From Planctomycetota bacterium (GTDB lineage: Bacteria; Planctomycetota; B15-G4): a stretch of DNA of 64,000 nucleotides. A program made the position numbers and the translations under genes. The number at the start of each line of letters is the position of its first letter. Position 1 is the first letter of the stretch. The notes beneath the pieces are model-generated. The model was not told where the DNA came from, made no database searches, and saw only the letters and a program-made list of their open reading frames with translations. The stretch is taken from the NCBI GenBank assembly GCA_965248575.1, contig CBDFJQ010000002.1, positions 2,016,001-2,080,000 on the forward strand. The letters are read 5' to 3'. Shown here piece after piece: positions 55,777 through 64,000 of this stretch.

Positions 55777-57734
55777 ATGCCCGGTTCCCCCTCTCAGGCT
55801 TTGCGCGAGGAAAGCGCCCCCATCCCGGCGGGAAAACTGCAGGAGGCTCTCCAACGCCTCGGGCACGAGTCCTTCCGCACGGGACAGCTAGAAGCCATCG
55901 AGACGCTCTTCGAGCGACGGCGCCTGTTGCTGGTGGCCCCCACGGGTGGCGGCAAGAGCCTTACCTACCAACTCCCGGCCTGTGTGCTCCCAGGCACCAC
56001 GGTGGTGATTTCACCATTGATCGCCCTGATGCAGGACCAGGTGAGCGCCCTTGAGGAGCGCGGCGTGTCCGCCACCTTCCTGGCCTCGACCCTCGACGCC
56101 GACGAGGTCCGGAATCGCATGCACCGGCTCGCTGCAGGCGAGTACCAGCTGGCCTATGTGGCACCCGAACGCCTTGCCCACACCGGGTTCCGATCCCTCC
56201 TGTGGGACATCGACTGCCCGTTGGTCGCCGTGGACGAAGCCCACTGCATCAGCGAATGGGGTCACGACTTCCGCCCCGAGTACATGCTGATTGGCGACGT
56301 CGTGGACCAGCTCTCGCACGCCCGGGTGCTGGCCTGCACGGCCACGGCGACGCCCGTGGTCCGCGACGAGATCCTGGAGCGCCTGCACCTGCCCGCCGAG
56401 ACCCCCCAGGTCGTGCACGGCTTCGCCCGGCCCAACCTGGCCCTCCGAGCCGCGGAGGTGCGCGGCAAGGCGGAGCGGGAGCGGGCCATCGACGGCGCCC
56501 TGAACGAGACCCTCGATCAGCCCGGCGCTGGTCGCGGAACGGCCATCCTCTACGCCCCCACCGGCGCGGCGCTGAGCAGGAAGCGAGCCGCCTGGCCTCC
56601 TCGGGTTGGAAGGCCGACTGTTATCACGCAGGCCTGCAAGGACACATCCGCTCCGCAGTGCAAGATGACTTCATCCACGGCGAACTCGAAGTCGTCGTGG
56701 CCACCAACGCCTTCGGCATGGGCATTGACCGCTCTGACGTACGCCTTGTCGGCCACCTGGCACCTCCGGGATCCGTGGAGGCCTACTACCAGGAGGTCGG
56801 TCGCGCGGGCCGGGACGGAGACCCTGCCGTGGGCCTCCTGCTGTGCGGGCCCAGCGACATGGCCCTGCGAAGGCGCTTCATCGAGAGCGATGCCGAAGCC
56901 ACCGGCAACGAAGAACTCGCCGTCCACAAATGGAACATGTTCCTGGAGCTCATGCGCTGGGCCGAAGGGGGCAGCTGTCGCCACGACACGATCCTGCGTT
57001 ACTTCGGGGACGAGGCGGAAACGCTCTCCGGCTGCGGGCGCTGCGATGTCTGCATCGGCCTCGATGCTGGCACAGAGGACGCCGACGAAGTGTCCACCCT
57101 GGTGCGCAAGGCGCTGAGCGGGGTGGCCCGGGTGCACGGGCGCTTCGGCACAGGCGTCGCAGCCAAGCTGCTCAAAGGTGTCGCGGATGATCGGCTGGAC
57201 TGGAGCGGGCTCTCCTCCACGAGCACCTTCGGAGTGTTGTCGGATCGCAGCATCGACTGGATCACGCGGTTGCTTCGACGCTGCGTCACCGCGGGCTGGG
57301 TCGACTTCCAGGGCGGAGACCGACCGGTGGTCGTGCTCACCCAGGACGGTACGGATGTCATGTACGCCCGACGCGAGGCCCGACTGCTCCTGCCACATGA
57401 CGGGCCCCTTCAGCGCAGCTCACGGTCCTCACGGACAGCCAAACAGGGTGCCAGCACTCGTGGAAGGGTCGCCCAGGACGAGGAAGCCCTGAGCGATGTG
57501 GAAGCGGAGCTCTTCGAGGCGCTCCGGGAACACCGCCTGGGCGTGGCCCGCGAATCCTCCGTGCCACCCTATGTTGTGGCCAGTGATCGGACGCTGCGCG
57601 ATGTCTCGCGCCGCCGCCCCCTCGACCTCGAGGCCCTGCAACTCGTTCACGGCATCGGGCCCAGCAAGGCCGAGCGCTTTGGAGAGGGCCTGCTCGAGGT
57701 GGTCCAGTCTCACTGCGAAGCCTCCGCCGACTGA
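55777..57734 (+). pseudogene. recQ: RecQ-family ATP-dependent DNA helicase with RQC/HRDC domains, split by a 1-bp frameshift near 56560
   Basis: Frame A: PTGGGKS, DEAHC, TATAT. Frame B: YHAG, ATNAFGMGID, QEVGRAGRDG, CxxCDxC, HRDC. One extra C in 'accggcgc' restores YAPTRRGAE. Could be a sequencing error. Confidence 0.85.
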
Positions 57735-57779
57735 CCCTCTCTCCAGCCTCCCGACCTGCACACCCCGAGAGCCCCCTGC

Positions 57780-58100
57780 GTGAGCATCCCAGAAATCGAC
57801 GTCGACTCAGCGGCCGCCCAACTCGAGGCCGGCACAGCCCTCTTCATGGACGTGCGCGATGAGGGCAGCTACGCAGCCGCCCATGTGCCAGGGGCCCTGC
57901 TGGTGAGCGACGCCACCATCGAGGACTTCCTGGAAGAGACCGACAAGACCCAGACCATCATCGTGTATTGCTACCACGGCAACGCGAGTCGCGGGGGCAC
58001 CGCCTTCCTGCTGCAACACGGGTTCGAGAACGTCAGCAGCATGGCAGGCGGCTTCGAGGCCTGGCGCGGTCACCACCCCGAGCAGACCGGCACAGGCTGA
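57780..58100 (+). CDS. glpE: Thiosulfate sulfurtransferase (single-domain rhodanese)
   Basis: DVRD, HVPGA, active site CYHGNAS, GGFEAW. Confidence 0.85.
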   Translation: MSIPEIDVDSAAAQLEAGTALFMDVRDEGSYAAAHVPGALLVSDATIEDFLEETDKTQTIIVYCYHGNASRGGTAFLLQHGFENVSSMAGGFEAWRGHHPEQTGTG

Positions 58101-58109
58101 GGACCCCGG

Positions 58110-60044
58110 TCAGGCCTCCGGCACGCTTCGGGCTGAGGGCACGGCTTCCAGTGCTTCCACGAGCCGCTTGATGAGGATGGGCTTGCTGACGGAATCATTC
58201 ATGCCGGCTTCCCGGAAGCGGTCCTCGTCACCGGAGAGGACGTCCGCGGTGAAGGCCACGATGTAGGGCTGCCGATCCTTCGGACCCGCACGCACATGCT
58301 CTGCCGCCTCGATGCCACCCATTCCGGGCATCTGGACGTCCATCAATACGACGTCGTAGTGCGCTTCACCCACGGCGGCCAGCGCCGCGGCACCGTCACA
58401 GACCACATCCGCCTCATAGCCAAGTCGACCGAGCATGCCCAGGGTGACCTTCTGGTTCACCACGTTGTCCTCGGCAACCAGGATCCGCAACGGGTGGCGC
58501 CGGGCCATCTCGCCGTCGATGGAATGATCGATCTCGCGTGGCGTGTCACTCGGCACGGCTGCCTGCGCCTGGATGCTGAAGCGGAAGATCGAGCCCCCGC
58601 TTTCCGAGGCCTCGCAGGAAATGCTGCCACCCTGCATCTCGGTCAGCCGTTTGCAGATGGCGAGCCCCAGACCGGTGCCTCCGAACTTGCGCGCCGTCGA
58701 AGCGTCCACCTGGCGGAACGGCTTGAACAGCTTGCGCCTGCGCGCCTCGGGAATACCCACGCCCGTGTCCTCCACCGCGAAGTGGATCACGCAGGCATCC
58801 GGGTGATGGGCACCCGCTCGACGCTCGGGAATGGCGTGTACCCGCAACTCGATGCTGCCCACCTCGGTGAACTTCAAGGCGTTGCTGAGCAGGTTGACGA
58901 GCACTTGGTTCACGCGCGTCACATCACCCACGATCGTCTCGGGCACGCTCGGATCGATGTGGACCTTCAGAGCGAGGCCCTTCTCCTTCGCTGAAAGGGC
59001 GACCAGACCCGACGCCCGACGCACGCACTCGTGCAGGAGGAACGGCCGCGACTCCAACTCGAGCTTTCCGGCTTCAATCTTGGAGAAGTCCAGGATGTCG
59101 TTGATGATCGTCAACAACGTGTCTCCGCTGTCGCGAATCGTCTCCACGTAGTCCCGCTGCTCTCCGTCGAGCCCCGTGTCGAGCAGCAGGCTGTTGAGCC
59201 CCAGGACGCCGTTGAGCGGCGTGCGGATCTCGTGCGACATGTTCGCCAGGAACTCCGACTTGTGGAGGCTCGCCTGTTCGGCCTTCTGCCGGGCTTCGTC
59301 GAGTTCGAGCTGGGTGCGCTCCAGATCAGCGATGGTCTCCTTCAGCCGCTGTTCTTTCATGGCCACAGCGATGCGGGTGGACGCCAAGGCTGAGATCGTC
59401 TTGAACAGCTCCAGGTGATCCTCGGTGTAGAAGTCGGGGCGAGGGTCTTCCGAGTCGATCACTCCGATCACCCTTCCCTGCTCCACGATGGGCACGGCCA
59501 GCTCGGACAGTCGGAAGGCGTCATCCTTGATGTAGGCCGTGGTGGTGCGCGTGTCCCGGACGAGGGCTGGGCGCCCCGTGGCAGCCACGGTTCCCACCAC
59601 GCCCTCCCCAAGAGGAATCACGATGGGGTTCAGGATCTCATGCTGGATCGGGTTCTTTGGCCCGTGAGCAGCCTTCTGCACCAGCAGGCCTTCCTCCTCG
59701 TCCAGCAGGTAGATGACACAGTCATCAAGACCGAGCTTGGCGACAGCGTTGCGCGCGATGTCCCAGAGGATCTCTTCCAAGGTGCTCTGCTGAAGCAGCG
59801 ACAAGGCGAAGGCGTTGACGATCTCGAGGTATTTTGTCTTGCGGGCAGCCTGGGCGTTCATGCGCTCCAGCTCCCGGGTGCGTTCCTTCACCCGGTGGTC
59901 CAGCATGTCGCGGACTCGGGCCAGGGCCTGGTTCGCCAGGCTCAGCTCGATGCTCTTCTGGGCCTGCCACGTCTCGGCAGATTGACGAGCCGAACGTTCA
60001 CGGTCCAACTGCCGACGAAGGTGTTCGCGGTCATCCATCGGCAT
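58110..60044 (-). CDS. Hybrid sensor histidine kinase/response regulator with a GAF domain
   Basis: GAF '[16 protein letters not shown]'; [14 protein letters not shown] boxes; receiver '[18 protein letters not shown]'. Confidence 0.95.
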   Translation of the reverse strand: MPMDDREHLRRQLDRERSARQSAETWQAQKSIELSLANQALARVRDMLDHRVKERTRELERMNAQAARKTKYLEIVNAFALSLLQQSTLEEILWDIARNAVAKLGLDDCVIYLLDEEEGLLVQKAAHGPKNPIQHEILNPIVIPLGEGVVGTVAATGRPALVRDTRTTTAYIKDDAFRLSELAVPIVEQGRVIGVIDSEDPRPDFYTEDHLELFKTISALASTRIAVAMKEQRLKETIADLERTQLELDEARQKAEQASLHKSEFLANMSHEIRTPLNGVLGLNSLLLDTGLDGEQRDYVETIRDSGDTLLTIINDILDFSKIEAGKLELESRPFLLHECVRRASGLVALSAKEKGLALKVHIDPSVPETIVGDVTRVNQVLVNLLSNALKFTEVGSIELRVHAIPERRAGAHHPDACVIHFAVEDTGVGIPEARRRKLFKPFRQVDASTARKFGGTGLGLAICKRLTEMQGGSISCEASESGGSIFRFSIQAQAAVPSDTPREIDHSIDGEMARRHPLRILVAEDNVVNQKVTLGMLGRLGYEADVVCDGAAALAAVGEAHYDVVLMDVQMPGMGGIEAAEHVRAGPKDRQPYIVAFTADVLSGDEDRFREAGMNDSVSKPILIKRLVEALEAVPSARSVPEA

Positions 60045-60366
60045 CTCGTACGAGCGCTTCCCCAAGCCATTCTCTCCCCTTCTGGACACCGCCCTCCAAG
60101 ACCTCTGAAAGTGGCGGCGCATGACGCATCATGAGCCCCTTATCGTCGAGGCCCCGGGGCAACCTGACAGCAGGTTGGAACGGGATCAGGATTCGAAGGG
60201 GGCCGCCCCATTGGGCGCGAGGGCGACTCAATCGGCAGCCCATGGCGATTTCTGAAGCATCCTTGGCCCCCTCTTTTTTGGTGAGCCTCTCCCGCGCGAG
60301 TACGGTGACGGCCCGCGCCCCCGCTCCCCCCAGCGCACTCGAACCCAAAGTCCCCCGGAGGCCTTC

Positions 60367-61557
60367 GTGAGCCAACCCTCGCAACACTCCCATCTCGCGC
60401 GCGCGTGCGCGGCCGAAGGGCTTCTCGTCGCCGAGCCGATCCGGGCGCTGTCGTGCGCCCTGCTCCTGCTTCTCTTCTGCCCAGCGGTCCCCGGCCAGGA
60501 AAGCGAGCCCAGCAACCCCGAGGGCTTGCTGTTCGAAGACTACGACCCGCCGTCCACCTTGGAGGTCCCCAGCACCGACGTGCGCCGGGCGCGCTACCCC
60601 TTCGTGGACGTCCACAACCACCAATGGACCATGCCCACGGACGACCTCAGCGAGACCGTCGCCGAGATGGACGCACTGAACATGGCCGTGATGGTGAACC
60701 TGAGCGGACGCCTATCGGACAGCGCCGAACATTTGCGCGCGTGCATCGCCACCGGCCAAGAGCAGGCGCCGGGCCGCTTCCTGGTCTTCACGAATCTCTC
60801 CTACGAAGGCATCGACGACGCGGGCTGGGGGTCAGCCATGGCCGACCGGGTCGCAGCCGACGTCGCTGCCGGGGCCGCCGGTCTCAAGATCTACAAGAGC
60901 CTGGGACTCCGGATCGTCGATAGCAGCGGCGCACGGGTGGCCGTCGACGACCCTCGCCTCGACCCGATCTGGGCTCGTTGCGGAGAGCTGGGCGTCCCCG
61001 TCTTGATCCACAGCGGAGACCCCGCACCCTTCTGGAAGCCCTGGGACAACCAGAACGAGCGCTGGTTGGAGCTGAAGCAGAAGCCCCAACGAAAACAGGA
61101 CGCGACCACGGGCCCCAGCTTCGAACAGATCATGGCTGAGCAGCGGCATGTGTTCGCCAAGCACCCGGGCACGACCTTCATCAGCGCCCACCTGGCGTGG
61201 CTGGGCCACGACCTCACAGCCTTGGGGGCCGTGCTCGACGAGCACCCGAACATGTACACCGAGATCGGTGCCGTCATCGCCGAGCTCGGGCGCCAACCGC
61301 GCTTTGCCAAGCAGTGGTTCATCGAGCACCAGGACCGCGTGCTGTTCGGGAAGGACGTCTGGACCCCCGATGAGTACTGGTGCTACTTCCGCGTGCTCGA
61401 GACCGCTGACGAGTACTTCGACTACTACCGTCGGCGCCACGCGTTCTGGAAGATGTACGGCCTCGATCTGCCGGACGAGGTGCTGCGCAAGCTCTACTAC
61501 GGCAATGCCCTCGATCTCTTTCCGCAACTGGATCCCTCGCTGTTCCCGGACTCGTGA
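60367..61557 (+). CDS. Amidohydrolase family protein (probably exported)
   Basis: DVHNH, GLKIYK, IHSGDP, SAH, LFGKD; start uncertain. Confidence 0.85.
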   Translation: MSQPSQHSHLARACAAEGLLVAEPIRALSCALLLLLFCPAVPGQESEPSNPEGLLFEDYDPPSTLEVPSTDVRRARYPFVDVHNHQWTMPTDDLSETVAEMDALNMAVMVNLSGRLSDSAEHLRACIATGQEQAPGRFLVFTNLSYEGIDDAGWGSAMADRVAADVAAGAAGLKIYKSLGLRIVDSSGARVAVDDPRLDPIWARCGELGVPVLIHSGDPAPFWKPWDNQNERWLELKQKPQRKQDATTGPSFEQIMAEQRHVFAKHPGTTFISAHLAWLGHDLTALGAVLDEHPNMYTEIGAVIAELGRQPRFAKQWFIEHQDRVLFGKDVWTPDEYWCYFRVLETADEYFDYYRRRHAFWKMYGLDLPDEVLRKLYYGNALDLFPQLDPSLFPDS

Positions 61558-62357
61558 CGCTCTACGGACTGGTCGGCCGGCTGGCGGGGCCGCCCGCCTG
61601 TTTCCTGCTCATGATGGCTGTCGGGTTGCTGCTCTCGCGCCGGAAGGGCCTCGGGACCAAGGGCACAGCGGGGGGACGTCGGCAGCTCGCCGGCAAGCTG
61701 CTTCTGGTAGGCGGCTTCGTCCTGCTCTGGGTCTCGGCCTTGCCCTGGGTCGGCGCCGTGCTGATCCGCTCCCTGGAACAGGTGCCTGCCTGGGAACTCG
61801 ATCAGCCCCTGCTGCCTGGCGAGCAGGCCGAGGCCATCGTGCTCCTGGGTGCGGGGGTCGAAGGCGAGACGCCTGAGTACGGCGGCCTGACCTTGGGTGC
61901 GTTGAGCCTGGAGCGCGTGCGCTGGGCCGCTCGCGTGCAACGTGCCACGGGCCTACCACTGGTCATCACGGGCGGCTCGGCCCGCCCAGGGGCCACGCCC
62001 GTCGCGGAGCTCATGCGCGATGCGCTCGTGCAGGACTTCGACGTCAACGTGCGATGGGTCGAAGGCGCCTCAGCCACCACCTGGGAGAACGCAGCCCTCA
62101 GCAAGCAGCTCCTGTCGTCCGAGGGCATCGACCACATCGTGCTCGTCACCCATTCATGGCACATGCCGCGCGCCGTGCTGGCCTTCGAACGCCACGGATT
62201 CAGCGTCCAGCCAGCGCCCACGATGTTCCATGGTGAACCACCGGACGGTCTGGACGCCTGGCTTCCGTCGGCCCGCGCGCTGCGCCACACGAGTTGGGCC
62301 ACCCACGAGTGGCTCGGCCGGCTGTGGTACTCCATACGCAGCGACTCGACGCACTGA
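61554..62357 (+). CDS. YdcF/ElyC (DUF218) family membrane protein
   Basis: AIVLLGAG, TGG, TWENA, LVTHSWHMPRA, HEWLG. Confidence 0.9.
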   Translation: MTLYGLVGRLAGPPACFLLMMAVGLLLSRRKGLGTKGTAGGRRQLAGKLLLVGGFVLLWVSALPWVGAVLIRSLEQVPAWELDQPLLPGEQAEAIVLLGAGVEGETPEYGGLTLGALSLERVRWAARVQRATGLPLVITGGSARPGATPVAELMRDALVQDFDVNVRWVEGASATTWENAALSKQLLSSEGIDHIVLVTHSWHMPRAVLAFERHGFSVQPAPTMFHGEPPDGLDAWLPSARALRHTSWATHEWLGRLWYSIRSDSTH

Positions 62358-62392
62358 ACGGCTACGCCGGATCTTGTGGTCGTCGTCAGCCC

Positions 62393-63217
62393 CTAGACTT
62401 CGCGCAGGACGCTCACGCAATGCACCAGGACGTCGGAAAGGGACAGCATGCCCACCAGTTGCTCGTGACGTAGCACGGGCAGGGTCGTGACCTTTTGCTC
62501 CACCATCTGCAGGGCGGCCTCTGAGAGTAGGGTTTCAGGAGCAACCACCTCGACGATGTGGGCCATGATGTCGCCCAGGCGGATGCGCTTCTCATGTCCG
62601 CTGTGTGCTGCCGCACGAAGGTCCCGGTCGGACACGATGCCCACGATGACACCATCCTCCATCACCGGAAGGTGTCGCACTCCCAGGGACAGGCACATCG
62701 AGAAGGCGTCTTGGAGGCTGGTGTCGAGCGTGGCAGCGCTCACCTGAGAGGTCATGCACGTCGAGACATCGGGGTTCTGTTCGTCGCTGAGCCGACCTGA
62801 TTTGCAGAGCGAAGCGAAGGCTGCCAGCAGGTCCATCTCCGTGACGATTCCTGTCAGCTCGCCGTCCTTAACGACGGGCAGGCAGCCGATCTTCAAGCCC
62901 ACGAAGACCGCAGCGGCCACGTCCACGAACTCTTCCGGGTTCACGATGCGCACGTTCTTGTGAACCACCTCGCGCACCGTGGACGGCCGTTCTGAAGCCA
63001 GCACATCCGTCTCCGCCTCGTCCCGGGGCAATTCCCCCGGAAGGCGGCCGAGGGCCTCCAACAGGTCACGCTCGGAGATGATGCCCACGAGCTGCTTCCC
63101 GCCCACCACAGGCAGGTGGCGAAAGTCCTGGGAGTCCATCAACGTCAACGCATCCTCGAGGCCTGCATCCAGGGAAATGGTGACGGGATCGGCAGTCATC
63201 AGGGCGGACACTTTCAT
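62393..63217 (-). CDS. CBS domain protein (two CBS pairs)
   Basis: Repeats 'RHLPVV..LVGIISERDL', 'GCLPVV..GIVTEMDL', 'RHLPVM..GIVSDRDL', 'TLPVL..GMLSLSD'. Confidence 0.9.
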   Translation of the reverse strand: MKVSALMTADPVTISLDAGLEDALTLMDSQDFRHLPVVGGKQLVGIISERDLLEALGRLPGELPRDEAETDVLASERPSTVREVVHKNVRIVNPEEFVDVAAAVFVGLKIGCLPVVKDGELTGIVTEMDLLAAFASLCKSGRLSDEQNPDVSTCMTSQVSAATLDTSLQDAFSMCLSLGVRHLPVMEDGVIVGIVSDRDLRAAAHSGHEKRIRLGDIMAHIVEVVAPETLLSEAALQMVEQKVTTLPVLRHEQLVGMLSLSDVLVHCVSVLREV

Positions 63218-63439
63218 GGGCTCATTCCAGAGGAGGGTCGGACGAGACATCGGTGTGCTGCTGTAGGCACACTGTCGCCCTGGTGGCCCAACCGGCGACA
63301 TACGAACTGTGGCGCAGGCGGGCGAAGAGAAGGACAGAGCCTCCGCGCGCCCTGCCCTCCTCACGAGCTGCTCTCAAGACACACACGGATCCATCACGTG
63401 CCCACCGCCCCTCCCGACCCGCCAAACGCGCTCCCGGTC

Positions 63440-64000
63440 ATGCACGACCTGCCCACCGACCCGAAGCAGCTCTACCGGGCCTTCGACGAGCTGCTCGACG
63501 AGGCCGACGCCGGCTCAGCCCCGGGGGAGATTGTCACGCTGTTCCTGCAGCACCTGTTCGGCCCGACAACCCAGGACCTCGCTGCCAGTCTGGGGCTCGT
63601 GGCGGGAGCTGCCTACGAAGAGCGCAGGACCTGCTTCCATCGCATGAGCCTGCATGGCACCGTGTCCGCCGACTCCTTGCGACAGGAGTTCCCGCTCTCG
63701 GGACTGAGGCTCACCCGCAACGAGCCCCACGCTCTGTTCGAAGCCTCGGACCGAGCCCCCTGGCTCGGGCAAGGCGTGCAGGACCTGACGGACGCAGCGA
63801 CCTTCTGGGGTGCCTGCGTCGTCGCCACCGGCCGCGAACGCTTCATGGTCATGCTCGCACTCGGAGCTCGCGTTCAGCGCCTGGACACCGCCAACACCCT
63901 CGAGCCTAGCGCCGACCTGATCCTGCACACGCTGCGCTCGGTCCTCACCTCCCATCTGCAGAAGGCGCGCTGGGGCAGCACCATGCGCGAGGCGGCCGCC
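63440..64000 (+). CDS. 3'-truncated ORF, possibly the N-terminal part of a SpoIIE/PP2C-type phosphatase
   Basis: Frame open from ATG 63440 (MHDLPTDPKQLYRAFDELL) to the window end (..RWGSTMREAAA), resembling the helix preceding 'IQ..LLP' in RsbU-like proteins. Confidence 0.45.
   Translation, partial: MHDLPTDPKQLYRAFDELLDEADAGSAPGEIVTLFLQHLFGPTTQDLAASLGLVAGAAYEERRTCFHRMSLHGTVSADSLRQEFPLSGLRLTRNEPHALFEASDRAPWLGQGVQDLTDAATFWGACVVATGRERFMVMLALGARVQRLDTANTLEPSADLILHTLRSVLTSHLQKARWGSTMREAAA

Noticed and set aside
57780..58100. glpE as part of the glycerol locus
   Set aside because: GlpE is a rhodanese unrelated to glycerol chemistry and lies about 18 kb away
1..64000. tRNA/rRNA genes, transposases, integrases, prophage or defence systems
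   Set aside because: No recognisable signatures by eye; a tRNAscan/Rfam/HMM search would be needed to exclude them fully

Overview
64 kb of high-GC, gene-dense bacterial chromosome. A Planctomycetota-like source is inferred from a TIGR02999-type ECF sigma factor, a ThuA/DUF1080 protein and several FG-GAP and other secreted multidomain proteins. I saw no rRNA, tRNA, CRISPR array or mobile element. Main contents: a CHAD gene coupled to a ParA-CYTH fusion, mddA, secreted metallopeptidase and FG-GAP proteins, msrA, a divergent GDPD/LtaS-family pair, three small winged-helix regulators each with a palindromic operator, glpK plus a GlpSTPQUV-type glycerol ABC transporter, a solute symporter, an arginine operon, a frameshifted recQ, glpE and a hybrid kinase. 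The strongest candidate for an undescribed system is the operon argG-[DUF1611/DgcN-like gene]-argC-argD-argF'-argB-argE-argH. It has no argA or argJ, carries a translationally coupled DUF1611-like P-loop protein, and its ArgF' has succinyl-type rather than acetyl-type signature residues. This suggests a non-canonical N-acyl (possibly succinyl) glutamate synthase route. Other highlights are a possible polyphosphate granule positioning module and two pairs of unrelated proteins that share unnamed C-terminal domains. All family assignments come from motif recognition by eye, not database searches.
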